Source: Alphaproteobacteria bacterium (GTDB lineage: Bacteria; Pseudomonadota; Alphaproteobacteria; Rs-D84). From it: a DNA stretch of 64,000 bases. Made by a program: the position numbers and the translations under genes. Location of the stretch: positions 2,281 to 66,280 of the forward strand of contig JAFWZK010000058.1 in assembly GCA_017522445.1 (NCBI GenBank), in the 5' to 3' direction. Below, piece after piece: positions 43,466-53,510 of this stretch. Below the pieces are notes generated by a model. That model was not told where the DNA came from. It saw only the letters and a program-made list of their open reading frames with translations, and searched no databases. Numbering within the stretch: position 1 is the stretch's first letter; every line of letters starts with the position of its first letter.

Positions 43466-44467
43466 ATGTCAAAAGTAAGAGTTGCAATTAACGGTTTCGG
43501 TCGTATTGGTCGTTTGGTTCTGCGGGCGGCACTGGAATCAGGACGTGATGATATTGAATTTGTTGCAGTAAATGACTTGGCACCGGCCGAACAAAACGCA
43601 TATTTGTTAAAGTATGATTCTGTGCATGGGAATCTGCCAATGGATGTAAAACTGGATGGCGAATATATCATCGCAGGAAATCAAAAGATTAAATGTCTGT
43701 CTGAACGCGACCCCGCAAAATTACCATGGGGCGAAATGAATATCGATATTGTTATGGAATGCACAGGTATCTTTACCGCCGCAGACAAGGCACGTGTTCA
43801 CCTGGATGCGGGTGCAAAACGTGTACTGGTTTCGGCACCGTCGGCGGGGGCAGATAAAACAATCGTATACGGTGTTAACCAAGATACACTGACCCCAGAT
43901 GACCTGATTGTGTCAAACGCATCATGCACAACAAACTGTCTGGCACCGGTGGTTCAGGTTCTGAATAACACATTCGGTGTTGTGTCGGGTTGGATGACAA
44001 CTGTGCATGCATATACCGGTGACCAGCAATTATTGGATAAAAACCACAAAGATTTTCGACGTGCACGTGCGGCAAACCTGTCCATGATTCCAACCAGCAC
44101 AGGTGCCGCCAAGGCAATTGGACTGGTACTGCCGGAATTGGCGGGTAAATTGGATGGCATGGCAATTCGCGTACCAATACCGGACGTATCGGTGGTTGAA
44201 CTGGTCGCAAATCTGGAACGCAATGCCACCGTTGATGAAATTAACAGTGCAATGCGTGCCGCACAATCAAAAACATTTGGATATAACGATTTGCCACTGG
44301 TGTCAATTGACTTTACCCACGATGCACACAGTTCAATCTTTGATGCCGGCCAGACCAAGGTTCTGGGGGATAAATTAGTTCATGTGACCGCATGGTATGA
44401 TAACGAGTGGGGCTTTTCAAACCGTATGAACGACACCGCCGTTGCAATGGGAAAACTGATAAAATAA
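43466..44467 (+). CDS. gap: type I glyceraldehyde-3-phosphate dehydrogenase
   Basis: INGFGRIGR and SNASCTTNCLAP motifs. Confidence 0.95.
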   Translation: MSKVRVAINGFGRIGRLVLRAALESGRDDIEFVAVNDLAPAEQNAYLLKYDSVHGNLPMDVKLDGEYIIAGNQKIKCLSERDPAKLPWGEMNIDIVMECTGIFTAADKARVHLDAGAKRVLVSAPSAGADKTIVYGVNQDTLTPDDLIVSNASCTTNCLAPVVQVLNNTFGVVSGWMTTVHAYTGDQQLLDKNHKDFRRARAANLSMIPTSTGAAKAIGLVLPELAGKLDGMAIRVPIPDVSVVELVANLERNATVDEINSAMRAAQSKTFGYNDLPLVSIDFTHDAHSSIFDAGQTKVLGDKLVHVTAWYDNEWGFSNRMNDTAVAMGKLIK

Positions 44468-44472
44468 AAAAC

Positions 44473-44495
44473 ATCCCCCGTTTGGGGGATTTTTT
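44473..44495 (+). terminator. intrinsic terminator after gap
   Basis: ATCCCCC-GTTT-GGGGGAT followed by TTTTT. Confidence 0.8.
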
Positions 44496-44600
44496 AGTTG
44501 TAGGTGGTTAGTGTAAGTGGTTAGTAATGGTCCCTGCGGGGCAATGGATACCGGCCGCCGCCGGTATGACGAGAGAGCGGATGTATCTGACACTTTTAGA

Positions 44601-44797
44601 TTGCGTTTCAGGTTTGTTTATCATATAATATGTTGGCATTGGGAAAACTGGTGTGGGGTGTAAAAACCCGTAAGTAAGTAAATAATATTTCTCCGACCAT
44701 ATTGGTTGGAGGGTTGTGAATATGTTGAATAAACAACACTACTCTTACTTGTAGTCTTTAACCTCCAACCGCCTTTTGTGCGGTTTTTTTGTTTTTT
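44601..44797 (+). ncRNA. candidate short transcript / attenuator-like leader with a 10-codon mini-ORF
   Basis: TTGCGT, a 17-nt spacer, then TATAAT at 44601-44629. Long stem GGTTGGAGG (44704-12) / CCTCCAACC (44762-70) encloses the mini-ORF 44722-44754 and its GGAGG. The terminator stem 44767-44785 plus T-runs competes with the 3' arm of that stem. Confidence 0.3.
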
Positions 44798-44816
44798 TAA
44801 CAAATGGAGGAATAAA

Positions 44817-44972
44817 ATGGGTATTGTATTAGTAGACAGCAAATATTTTGGCCAGTATTTGGCCCGTGCGCGCAAAACGGTAAACCTGCGCCGGGCAGAT
44901 GCCATAATGACTCAACTGACTGCCGCGCAAAAACAAATTGTCCCACTTCGCCAAGGCTTCGTGGGACACTAA
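44817..44972 (+). pseudogene. 51-codon ORF, possibly the remnant of an XRE-type HTH gene
   Basis: GGAGGA RBS. KYFGQYLARARKTVNLRRADA resembles the start of an HTH domain. The ORF runs into the repeated hairpin module 3' of tRNA-Leu. Confidence 0.25.
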
Positions 44973-45010
44973 ATTTTCCTAGTCGGCAAAGCCGATAAGT
45001 AAAATTTGTG
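44936..45010 (-). ncRNA. two-hairpin module immediately 3' of tRNA-Leu (homologous to 12197-12270)
   Basis: GTCCCAC/GTGGGAC stem around the identical loop TTCGCCAAGGCTTC, plus a second hairpin abutting the tRNA CCA end. Confidence 0.45.
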
Positions 45011-45093
45011 GTGCGGGTAAGGAGAGTCGAACTCCTATGGGTTGCCCCACTGGAACCTAAATCCAGCGCGTCTACCAGTTTCGCCATACCCGC
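45009..45093 (-). tRNA. tRNA-Leu (UAG)
   Basis: GCGGGTATGGCGAAACTGGTAGACGC...TTTAGGT anticodon loop, a long variable arm, then GGTTCGACTCTCC...ACCCGCACCA. Confidence 0.9.
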
Positions 45094-45129
45094 TTTTGAA
45101 CAGTTTTTCTATTTTATGATAAAATTTAC

Positions 45130-45158
45130 TTGATTTCCAGTAAAAATTAACATACAAT
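45130..45158 (+). promoter_or_regulatory. sigma70-type promoter of rpmG
   Basis: TTGATT, a 17-nt spacer, then TACAAT. Confidence 0.45.
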
Positions 45159-45188
45159 CCCACCCAGAATAATTAAAAGGCAAATAAA

Positions 45189-45368
45189 ATGGCATCAAAA
45201 AAAGGTAGCAAAGAAGTTGTTCAGTTAAGAAATAATGAAACTGGCGTCTTCTATATCACAACAAAAAATACAAAATCTGAAAATACCCAGGGTAAAATGA
45301 AATTCCGCAAGTATGATAAAAAACTGCGTAAACATGTCGTTATGACAGAGGCAAAGGTTTCACACTAA
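45189..45368 (+). CDS. rpmG: 50S ribosomal protein L33 (below the ORF-track size cut-off)
   Basis: Hand translation gives MASKKGSKEVVQLRNNETGVFYITTKNTKSENTQGKMKFRKYDKKLRKHVVMTEAKVSH, which matches the L33 pattern (..FY.T.KN......K...RKYDP..RKHV.F.E.K). AAAAGG precedes the ATG. Confidence 0.85.
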   Translation: MASKKGSKEVVQLRNNETGVFYITTKNTKSENTQGKMKFRKYDKKLRKHVVMTEAKVSH

Positions 45369-45403
45369 TCATATTTGTGTCTTGTTTTTTGGTTGTAAAA
45401 AAA

Positions 45404-45427
45404 TACCCCAATCGGGGTGTTTTTTTA
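45404..45427 (+). terminator. intrinsic terminator after rpmG
   Basis: ACCCC-AATC-GGGGT followed by a T-run. Confidence 0.7.
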
Positions 45428-45433
45428 TTGTTC

Positions 45434-45507
45434 TTGACACAAAAAAATACATTTTGCATAAAAACTTCTACAAAACGCTTGACTTTTATATAAAAAAACA
45501 TACAATT
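45434..45507 (+). promoter_or_regulatory. tandem duplicated promoters upstream of rplU-rpmA
   Basis: Two related ~45-bp units, each with CTTGAC(A/T) and ..ATACA(T/A)TTTGCATAAA. The second reads TTGACT, a 16-nt spacer, then TACAAT. Confidence 0.4.
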
Positions 45508-45572
45508 TGCATAAACTTTTCGCCAAACGGCGTAAAAAAATGTAAACAAACAACAAAAGTAAGAGAAAGAAA

Positions 45573-45872
45573 ATGAGCGATTTTGCAATCTTTCAAACCG
45601 GCGGCAAACAATATCGCGTGGCAAACGGCGATATTATCAAGGTTGAAAAACTGAATGCCGAAGGTACGGTCGAATTTGACCAGGTATTAATGGTCGGCGA
45701 TAAAATCGGTACCCCATTCGTAGAAGGGGCAAAGGTCGTCGCAGAAGTAATTGAACAGAAACGCGCTGACAAAATTTTGGTATTCAAGAAAAAACGTCGC
45801 CAGAATTATCGCCGCACAGCCGGCCATCGTCAGTTCATTACTGTTTTGAAAATCAAAGAAATCAAGGCATAA
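45573..45872 (+). CDS. rplU: 50S ribosomal protein L21
   Basis: [24 protein letters not shown] pattern. Confidence 0.95.
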   Translation: MSDFAIFQTGGKQYRVANGDIIKVEKLNAEGTVEFDQVLMVGDKIGTPFVEGAKVVAEVIEQKRADKILVFKKKRRQNYRRTAGHRQFITVLKIKEIKA

Positions 45873-45884
45873 GGGGGCAGAACT

Positions 45885-46154
45885 ATGGCACATAAGAAAG
45901 CGGGTTCCGCATCAATGAACGGACGCGACTCGGAAGGGCGCAGATTAGGTATTAAAAAATCTGGTGGCAGCCGCGTTATCCCAGGAAACATCATCATTCG
46001 CCAACGTGGTACATCTGTACACCCAGGTCTGAATGTTGGTATGGGTAAAGACCACACAATATTTGCAAAAATTGCCGGTATTGTGAAGTTCAAAAAGGGT
46101 AACGGCGACCGTAAAACTGTTTCCGTAATCCCAGAAGAAACAGACGCAAAATAA
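45885..46154 (+). CDS. rpmA: 50S ribosomal protein L27
   Basis: [34 protein letters not shown] pattern. Confidence 0.95.
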   Translation: MAHKKAGSASMNGRDSEGRRLGIKKSGGSRVIPGNIIIRQRGTSVHPGLNVGMGKDHTIFAKIAGIVKFKKGNGDRKTVSVIPEETDAK

Positions 46155-46155
46155 T

Positions 46156-46181
46156 AAAATCCCCCAATCGGGGGATTTTTT
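46156..46181. terminator. bidirectional terminator between rpmA and lpxI
   Basis: AATCCCCC-AATC-GGGGGATT with flanking A- and T-runs. Confidence 0.8.
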
Positions 46182-47019
46182 ATTCGTCCATGGCCAAGAT
46201 AAATATGCCGCGTTCGTTCGCGGCCGATATTACCGCAGGTTTGTTTACAACAAAACACGTTTTCGTATTAACAACAATCCCACGCAATTTGGCATCTGCA
46301 ACCGCATTTACCGTATCGACACCAATCGCAGGGATATCTATGCGTAAATCCTGGCCCGGTTTGGTCATCTTGGCAAAAACACCGCTGGATTTCCGTTTCG
46401 CAGAACGCATGTCAACAACACGCGATAACATTTTGGCGGTGCCTTCGGCCGCCTCGACCGCAATTACCTGGGAATCAACAACAACCGATGCACCAATGTC
46501 CGCAGAACCAATTGTGTGTGAAACATCTATGGCACGTTCAATATTCTTGGTATCAGATTTGCTGGGCTGGGCCCGTGTCTGAACCCCCGCCGTTTCAAAC
46601 GTCAATTCCGGTGCCAAATCCTGGGCCGCAACAATTTCAAACCCCTGCCCTTCAAGAACTTTATTTAACGCAACTGCCATTGAATCATACCCCCGTTGAT
46701 GTCTTAATAATTTCAGCAATATTCGCAACGACCAAAAATCAGGCCGAACGTCAGATAAATTTGGATGCCCCAAGGCACCAACAAATACCAATTTACGTAT
46801 CCCACGCCGCCGAACCGCACGGGCCGCACGACCACCACCCCCCAGGCGAATGACCATATCGGGATTCAGACGCATATCTACGAACCCACGCAACCCAATC
46901 ACAAATACGTCCCAGCCCGCACGCCGCAGTGCATCGCGTGTGAAAAACGGTAAATCCAACGCACCTGCAATCAGGGCGATTTTCTTATCCGATTTGTTTT
47001 CTGTTTTCTTTTTGCACAT
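46180..47019 (-). CDS. lpxI: UDP-2,3-diacylglucosamine pyrophosphatase LpxI (DUF1009 family)
   Basis: IALIAGALDLP start and GADIGASVVVDSQVIAVEAAEGT pattern. Confidence 0.75.
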   Translation of the reverse strand: MCKKKTENKSDKKIALIAGALDLPFFTRDALRRAGWDVFVIGLRGFVDMRLNPDMVIRLGGGGRAARAVRRRGIRKLVFVGALGHPNLSDVRPDFWSLRILLKLLRHQRGYDSMAVALNKVLEGQGFEIVAAQDLAPELTFETAGVQTRAQPSKSDTKNIERAIDVSHTIGSADIGASVVVDSQVIAVEAAEGTAKMLSRVVDMRSAKRKSSGVFAKMTKPGQDLRIDIPAIGVDTVNAVADAKLRGIVVNTKTCFVVNKPAVISAANERGIFILAMDE

Positions 47020-47103
47020 GGTGTAATAGTACGATTAAATCAGACTGGAATCAAGTCGCAATTTATGATACAATTAAATGTAATGATAATATACGGATGA
47101 AAA

Positions 47104-47877
47104 ATGAAAAAAATATCTTGGTTCGCAATGCTGTTGGCAACATGTTCAGGAATCTCAACCGCAAATGCAAAATTAGATGACGATATATTCCAACGCGAAA
47201 TTATGACGGGATTGGACCTGGTCGGGGTACGTGAAACAATTGACACCATTACAGAAAATGCACCAGGTGAACTGGGACGCGAGGTATATGAAACAGCAAG
47301 TGCCGTCCAGACCAAGGATACACAACTGTTTATCCCAACGTCTATGTACCTTAGGATGGGTGGGGGATTAAACCTGGGGTTTGCGACAGATTCAGCACAG
47401 CTGGACGAAAACGAATATGAAAGTTCGGGCAGTTATTCAGCAATCATCGGACTGGGGTGGAACCTGTCATCGTATGTTCGGGCGGAATTAGATTTCCAGA
47501 ATACAATGTTTAAGTTTTCAGACCTGGATAATCATCAGGCAGTATATCAGACCATTGGCGGAATGCTGTATTTCGACCTGGCAAAACGATACGTGCAAAA
47601 CGGTGATATTACGCACCGCAGAACATTTGTGCCATTTATTGGCGTGGGGGCCGGAATGGGAACCTATGAATTCCAAGGAGTCGGCGGGGCAGATGGATTT
47701 GTTATCGCAGCACCACGTGCAACCGCAGGATTTAACATAATGTTTAACGATTTGATTGGACTGGATATAGAATACCAATATCAACTGATGATTGGAAATG
47801 GTTTCGGATGGAATACAAATAACAAGGGTGCCAATAGTGTCAGCAATATAATGGCATTAATTCGGGCAAATTTCTAG
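47104..47877 (+). CDS. outer-membrane beta-barrel protein (porin/OmpA-like barrel family)
   Basis: Signal peptide, alternating amphipathic strands, C-terminal ...IRANF. Confidence 0.7.
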   Translation: MKKISWFAMLLATCSGISTANAKLDDDIFQREIMTGLDLVGVRETIDTITENAPGELGREVYETASAVQTKDTQLFIPTSMYLRMGGGLNLGFATDSAQLDENEYESSGSYSAIIGLGWNLSSYVRAELDFQNTMFKFSDLDNHQAVYQTIGGMLYFDLAKRYVQNGDITHRRTFVPFIGVGAGMGTYEFQGVGGADGFVIAAPRATAGFNIMFNDLIGLDIEYQYQLMIGNGFGWNTNNKGANSVSNIMALIRANF

Positions 47878-47903
47878 AATAGAAAAAAACAGGGGTTAAC
47901 ATT

Positions 47904-48551
47904 ATGAAATTAAATCTTATTTTGCCATTAATGTGTATGATGCCAATGGTCGCCAATGCAGCAATCACATATCGCGTAGAACAAGTGAAAATGCCTGCAC
48001 CAACTTCAGGATACGATAACGAAGCGTTTGCCAGAAATCACAGGTTTTATGTCGGCGGAATGTACAACTTTGCCATGTGGCAGGACTTTACAGACGATAA
48101 CGGTATCAGTATTAATGGAAAAAATGCTTCTTCGTTCGAAGTAATGACCGGTGTTCGCGTTTTTGATACATTCAGAACCGAGCTGAACTATGTTCGAACA
48201 AATGCCGAATGGAATACAATGTCGTTTGATGGGGATACATTTATGATTAACGCAATATTAGATGCACGGTTTGATAATATTTATCGATCTTTTCGTGGGC
48301 AAAATATTGTGCCATACGTTGGCGTGGGGGCTGGATTATCGTGGAACTCGGCCAATGATGGGGTAAAATTGGATAAAAAAATCGCCCCGGCATTGGCAGC
48401 ACTGGCAGGTATTGGATTTGAACTGAGCGATTGGTTCGCACTGGATATGGGATACAGATATTTTTGGATGAACAACCCAGGAACAAATGTAATCGATCGA
48501 CTGAATCCGGCCGCACACCAATTCCGTGTGGGGGCACGCGTAAATTTCTGA
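47904..48551 (+). CDS. outer-membrane beta-barrel protein (paralogous type)
   Basis: Signal peptide MKLNLILPLMCMMPMVANA, shared VPYVGVGAG motif, C-terminal ...GARVNF. Confidence 0.7.
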   Translation: MKLNLILPLMCMMPMVANAAITYRVEQVKMPAPTSGYDNEAFARNHRFYVGGMYNFAMWQDFTDDNGISINGKNASSFEVMTGVRVFDTFRTELNYVRTNAEWNTMSFDGDTFMINAILDARFDNIYRSFRGQNIVPYVGVGAGLSWNSANDGVKLDKKIAPALAALAGIGFELSDWFALDMGYRYFWMNNPGTNVIDRLNPAAHQFRVGARVNF

Positions 48552-48552
48552 C

Positions 48553-49479
48553 ATGACCAGTACATGCCCCTTTTTTGGTAAATGCGGTGGGTGTCAGTTC
48601 GATATAACGGCAGATGATTATCCTGACAAAAAACGTGCCACACTGCCAAAAAACCTGATTACACACAGTCCAATTTGGATTGCACACGGACAACGCAGAC
48701 GTGCCGACGCCGCATTCGCAGGAAATCAGTTCGGATTCTTTCAGCATGGAACAAAAAATATTGTCCCTGTCAGATTCTGCCCAAATCTGGTAGCAGAAAT
48801 AAACGCTGTTTTGCCAATGCTGGCAAACATGCCATGGATTGGGGCTGGGGCATGCCTGATAACCCTGTGCGACAATGGAATAGATATCGCAATTACGTCC
48901 AGTGTACCCTTTTTTACCCCGGAATTTAAAAATGCCGCAAATAATATTCCAGCAATCCGAATAACGTGGAACAACAAAATTGTTAAGCAGACACAACAAC
49001 CAATTGTAAAGTTTGGCGAACATGCGGTGCAATACCCATCAAATGCATTTCTGCAGCCCAGTATTATCGGGGCAGATACTTTGCGTAATCTGGTTATATC
49101 ACGGGCATCAGGTGCAAAACGGGTGGCGGATTTGTTCTGTGGATTGGGAAATTTTACATTTGCACTGAAGGCCGATGGATTCGATATTGTTGGAACAGGT
49201 GTTAAACGCGACCTGTTCAAAAAACCGCTGACGGTTGGGATGCTGAACAATTATGACTGCGTCGTTATGGACCCACCACGTGCAGGTGCAGACGCACAGT
49301 GCAAGGAAATAATCAAAAGCAACGTAAAACGAATTATCTATGTATCCTGTAATCCAAATACTTTTATTCGCGATAAAGCAACACTGGAAAGTGGTGGATA
49401 CAAAATGGTCGAAGTAATCCCAGTTGACCAATTTGCGGGCAGTAATCACTGGGAACTGTTCAGCGTGTTCGAAAAATAA
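48553..49479 (+). CDS. SAM-dependent RNA (uracil-5-)methyltransferase, RlmD/TrmA family (short form)
   Basis: N-terminal Cys cluster CPFFGKCGGC, DPPRAG motif and SCNPNTFIRD. Confidence 0.75.
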   Translation: MTSTCPFFGKCGGCQFDITADDYPDKKRATLPKNLITHSPIWIAHGQRRRADAAFAGNQFGFFQHGTKNIVPVRFCPNLVAEINAVLPMLANMPWIGAGACLITLCDNGIDIAITSSVPFFTPEFKNAANNIPAIRITWNNKIVKQTQQPIVKFGEHAVQYPSNAFLQPSIIGADTLRNLVISRASGAKRVADLFCGLGNFTFALKADGFDIVGTGVKRDLFKKPLTVGMLNNYDCVVMDPPRAGADAQCKEIIKSNVKRIIYVSCNPNTFIRDKATLESGGYKMVEVIPVDQFAGSNHWELFSVFEK

Positions 49480-49501
49480 AAATCGCCCAGTTGGGCAATT
49501 T

Positions 49502-51733
49502 TTATTTACTGAATTTTCCACTGCGTGGGAATCCGACCGGGATTGTGCGTCCCTGGGATGCACGTTTGGCACGCCATGGCGACCAATCATCCATCTTGGT
49601 CGTGCCACGACCTGTCGTCCAACCAAATCCGTTCGCCGCATCAAAGAACATAACATCCAATACATATGTACGTTCGGCATTATACTTTTGCAGTATTACC
49701 CCCTTGCCACGGGTCATTTCAGGTATTTCAGATGTCGCAAATATCAACAATTTGTCATTAGAACCAGACATCGCAACCATATCACCAGATACCAATACAC
49801 ACATGTGTGCCGGATTGCCAGGTTCTGTGTTCATAACCTGTTTACCATTGCGGGTCTGGGCCAGACAATTTTCACCAGATATTATAAACCCATTGCCATG
49901 ACGTGATACCAACAGATACCGTGCATTAACATCCAGAACAAATGCACGGACAATATCTTCATCCGCCGCAATATCCGCCATCATGCGAACTGATTCTCCA
50001 AAACCACGTGCAGACGGCAATTCGTTCGCAGCCAGGGTAAACATCTTGCCTGATGTGCCGAACAGGTTTATCTTGTCAGTTGACTGGGCATGGAACGCAG
50101 TATGCAATTCGTCCCCTTCTTTGAATTTCAAATCCAGTGAGTTTAAATCCAAATGTCCCTTGGCCGCACGTATCCAGCCCATTGTCGATAAAATTATGGT
50201 CAGTGGTTCTTTTTCAATAAATTCATCGGCGTTAACTGTGATTTCTTCGGTCTGTTCCGCCCAGGTTGTGCGGCGGCGACCCAATTTAGTCTTTTTATCA
50301 TACGTCTTTTTAATGTCATTAAACCATGCCTTTAACTGAGCATTTTGGATTTCAGGACTGGCCAGCAGTGCCATTAACTGTTCCTGCTCGGCACGCAGGG
50401 CAGCATCTTCACGCTTGATTTCCATCTCTTCTAATTTGCGCAGTGAACGCAGGCGGGTGTTTAATATCGCCTCGACCTGAACCTCGGTCAAATTAAATTC
50501 CGCCATTAATACCGATTTTGCATCGTCTTCGTTGCGAATAATCTCGATAACACGGTCCAGATTCAAATACACAACCAATAAACCACCCAATATCTCTAGT
50601 CGGCGGGCAATGTTCGATAGGCGCCAACGCGTCCGACGCTGTAAAACATTTGTTTGATGGGCAACAAACTCTCGCAAGACATCACCAATCGGCATAACAC
50701 GGGGAACACCACGCGAATCAATCACGTTAAAGTTCATGTTAAAGCGATATTCTAAATCCGTCATCGCAAACAGATGTGCCATCATCTTGTCCGCAGGGAT
50801 GTTGCGCGACTTTGGCGTAATCACAATCCGAACATCTGTCGTAGATTCATCAATAATATCGTCAACCAATGGCAATTTCTTGGCGTCAATCAATCCGGCA
50901 ATCTGTTCAACCAGTTTAGACTTTACAATCCCATACGGAATTTCTGTTATTACGGCCTGCCAGCCGCCACGTTCCAGATTCTCGATTTCCCAGCGGGCAC
51001 GAATGCGAAATGCACCACGACCTGTTTCATAATTCTTGACAATGGTGTCAAAGCTGTCAATCAATATGCCGCCTGTCGGAAAATCAGGACCAACCAGCTT
51101 TTTCATTATCTGGGATGTGGTTGCATCTGGATTGTCAACAACCAGATTCAGGGCATCACAAACCTCGGCCACGTTATGGGTCGGGATATTCGTTGCCATA
51201 CCAACCGCAATACCCATGCCACCATTGGCCAACAAGTTCGGAAACGCACCAGGCATTACAACAGGTTCAACCGTCGTACCATCAAAATTCGGCATCATGT
51301 CAACACTGTCTTCGTCCAGACCGTCCATAATGGACATGGCCGCCGCTGTCATCTTGGATTCAGTGTAACGATATGCCGCCTGGGGGTCGCCATCTATGTT
51401 GCCAAAATTACCCTGACCATCAATCAAAGGATAACGAACGGAAAAATCCTGGGCCAGACGAACCATCGCATCGTAAACAGAACTGTCCCCGTGGGGATGA
51501 TAATGACCCAATACATCACCAACAACCGTCGCACATTTGCGAAATGCCGCACTGGGGGACAGTTTCTGACGCAACATCGAATATAAAATGCGACGATGTA
51601 CGGGCTTTAACCCATCGCGAACATCGGGCAATGCACGTGATACAATCGTGCTGACCGCATAGGATAAATAACGTTCCGACAATGCGTCTGAAAGTTGCTG
51701 TGAAAAAATGTTTTCTGATATTTCTTTTCCCAT
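49502..51733 (-). CDS. parC: DNA topoisomerase IV subunit A
   Basis: [19 protein letters not shown] and the AAYRYTE active-site region. 743 aa, with no GyrA-box (QRRGGKG) in the C-terminal domain. Confidence 0.85.
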   Translation of the reverse strand: MGKEISENIFSQQLSDALSERYLSYAVSTIVSRALPDVRDGLKPVHRRILYSMLRQKLSPSAAFRKCATVVGDVLGHYHPHGDSSVYDAMVRLAQDFSVRYPLIDGQGNFGNIDGDPQAAYRYTESKMTAAAMSIMDGLDEDSVDMMPNFDGTTVEPVVMPGAFPNLLANGGMGIAVGMATNIPTHNVAEVCDALNLVVDNPDATTSQIMKKLVGPDFPTGGILIDSFDTIVKNYETGRGAFRIRARWEIENLERGGWQAVITEIPYGIVKSKLVEQIAGLIDAKKLPLVDDIIDESTTDVRIVITPKSRNIPADKMMAHLFAMTDLEYRFNMNFNVIDSRGVPRVMPIGDVLREFVAHQTNVLQRRTRWRLSNIARRLEILGGLLVVYLNLDRVIEIIRNEDDAKSVLMAEFNLTEVQVEAILNTRLRSLRKLEEMEIKREDAALRAEQEQLMALLASPEIQNAQLKAWFNDIKKTYDKKTKLGRRRTTWAEQTEEITVNADEFIEKEPLTIILSTMGWIRAAKGHLDLNSLDLKFKEGDELHTAFHAQSTDKINLFGTSGKMFTLAANELPSARGFGESVRMMADIAADEDIVRAFVLDVNARYLLVSRHGNGFIISGENCLAQTRNGKQVMNTEPGNPAHMCVLVSGDMVAMSGSNDKLLIFATSEIPEMTRGKGVILQKYNAERTYVLDVMFFDAANGFGWTTGRGTTKMDDWSPWRAKRASQGRTIPVGFPRSGKFSK

Positions 51734-51799
51734 AATGCTAGAAACTTAGAACATTTCAAAAAAAATAACAACTGAAAAAAATCAGTTGCTGAAAAAAAA

Positions 51800-52078
51800 C
51801 TATTGCGATATTTTATTCTTAATCTCGCGTATGCGGGCAAGAATTTCTTTCAGGTCCGCATCAGTCGCGGCGGGGGCGGGTCTGTTCTGAATCTCGTCCG
51901 CCAGGACAATACATAATGTCGCCAATAATGCATTTTCAGGCAGCGGACCAATCTTATCCAATATCTGACGGGCACGTGCATCAACCATTTTACCCAATTC
52001 AGCCAAACGCATTTCTTGGCCATCTTCACAGCCCATAGGATAATTCTTGTTCACAATTGGTATAGATACAACACTCAT
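51800..52078 (-). CDS. zapA: cell division protein ZapA
   Basis: 92 aa with a family-like pattern, in the conserved pairing with the upstream coiled-coil gene. Confidence 0.7.
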   Translation of the reverse strand: MSVVSIPIVNKNYPMGCEDGQEMRLAELGKMVDARARQILDKIGPLPENALLATLCIVLADEIQNRPAPAATDADLKEILARIREIKNKISQ

Positions 52079-52287
52079 TTTTTCAGTTTCCTTAGTATAG
52101 ATATTGACCGATTAATCATTTCCGTTGCACGGGTGTTCTTGTCCCGCAAAGAACGAACCTGTTCGGTCAGAATTGCAACCTCTAAATCTGTTTGTTTACC
52201 CGCGTGTATGGCGGTGCCACGTAAACGAGCAGCCGCTTCTTCTAGATGTGTCAGTTCTTGAAAAATTTGTTGTTTTATATCTGCCAT
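52075..52287 (-). CDS. DUF4164-type coiled-coil protein
   Basis: 70-aa coiled coil whose stop overlaps the zapA start. This arrangement is typical of alphaproteobacteria. Confidence 0.5.
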   Translation of the reverse strand: MADIKQQIFQELTHLEEAAARLRGTAIHAGKQTDLEVAILTEQVRSLRDKNTRATEMINRSISILRKLKK

Positions 52288-52370
52288 GCTGTCAGTTTAA
52301 GATATTTTTTATGTGCGTTCAACCCTAAAATGTGATATACTGTACCAATGTATTGTGGGGGTTAAGGTAC

Positions 52371-53510
52371 ATGAAAACAAAAATCATTTATATTTCCGGG
52401 GGCGAAACCTTTGAAATGACACAAATTCGTGCCGCGTTGGACGAAGTGCGTACTGTGTTGGGACTGGATAAAAATACCATACTGTTTGGCGTACCCGTCG
52501 ATGATGACAGTGCAATTAACACAGAAACGTTAAATGCCAAAACAGAATCTTTGACCGAATCTGATGCGGAACCGTTAATAAACCAGGAACAATCGCTGAA
52601 TACATATATTGATGCAGATGGTACACTGGCAAATGATGATTTTGTCCAAATAGACCAAGCTGACCCATCTGTTCAACCAGACGCAGAAATATCTGCAGAC
52701 GATGTTACCACGGAAATCGATAATGAAACATCAGAAAAAATTATACCAATCCTGTCGATTTTGTCCGCCCAGGAAGAAATAACTGACCCCGCAGAACAGG
52801 ATGAAGAAATTGTCACGGAATTGGCCGACAACACCAATCAAGCGGTTGATGCTGAACAAGACAAAGCAACAGTTGTCGAAGAAATCGCAGAAGAATCTAT
52901 TGACTTAAACGAAGCTGAACAGGCAGTCGTCGTCAACATAACAGAAACTGTCCAGGAATATGACAGTGACCCAACCAACCCCGGCGATACAACACAAATA
53001 TTTGATATCAGTGTCGATACAGAACTGACCACACCAATTGCCGATGATGAAATGCCCGTCACACCGCAGACCGTCACAATTGGCGATATGATTTCAGATG
53101 ACGTGCCAGAAATGCCGGCAGAAAAAACACTGGAACAGTTACTGGAAAGCATGAAACCATTACGTGAAGATTTGCATAACGAACAAGATGAGATTGCCCC
53201 CGTTGTCCCAGACGAGGAAGTCAGTACACTGGGGACCGATACTGATGCGACACTGGCACAACTGGCGACAGAGTTTGCAAAAAACCAAGATAAAATTGCA
53301 AAAAACAGCAAATCTGGAACAACTGGCAAAATCGGTAAACTGAAAAATATTTTGCCCCTGCCCTTTTCTAAACAAAAAAACAAAGACAGTGGACTGATGG
53401 GCGACCTGTTCGGATGGGCCGGAATCGCGGCAAATGATGATGAAATTACTTTGCCAGGTTTCTTTACAACAAACATGTCAGCCAACAAGGTACATAATGA
53501 CCAAGAATGA
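52371..53510 (+). CDS. highly acidic low-complexity protein with small ordered termini
   Basis: N-terminus MKTKIIYISGGETFEMTQIRAALDEVR, about 280 aa of D/E/T/Q-rich sequence, and a basic/hydrophobic C-terminus GKIGKLKNILPLPF...DLFGWAGIAANDDEITLPGFF. Start refined to ATG 52371. Confidence 0.6.
   Translation: MKTKIIYISGGETFEMTQIRAALDEVRTVLGLDKNTILFGVPVDDDSAINTETLNAKTESLTESDAEPLINQEQSLNTYIDADGTLANDDFVQIDQADPSVQPDAEISADDVTTEIDNETSEKIIPILSILSAQEEITDPAEQDEEIVTELADNTNQAVDAEQDKATVVEEIAEESIDLNEAEQAVVVNITETVQEYDSDPTNPGDTTQIFDISVDTELTTPIADDEMPVTPQTVTIGDMISDDVPEMPAEKTLEQLLESMKPLREDLHNEQDEIAPVVPDEEVSTLGTDTDATLAQLATEFAKNQDKIAKNSKSGTTGKIGKLKNILPLPFSKQKNKDSGLMGDLFGWAGIAANDDEITLPGFFTTNMSANKVHNDQE

Noticed and set aside
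44505-44600. Possible structured RNA (SRP/4.5S, tmRNA or RNase P fragment) in the GC-richer stretch GGTCCCTGCGGGGCAATGGATACCGGCCGCCGCCGGTATGACGAGAGAGCGG
   Set aside because: I could not match it to the conserved cores of SRP RNA, tmRNA, 6S or RNase P from memory. It contains only a local hairpin (ACCGGC-CGCC-GCCGGT). It is left unannotated and would need an Rfam scan.
48247-49680. 261-, 169- and 190-aa minus-strand ORFs antisense to the OMP and RNA-methyltransferase genes
   Set aside because: They overlap confidently called plus-strand genes. They are Cys/Trp/His-rich, look non-proteinaceous, and have no RBS.
50774-51586. 270-aa plus-strand ORF antisense to parC
   Set aside because: It lies inside parC. 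Its unusual composition (N/R/H/I-rich) is typical of an antisense frame.
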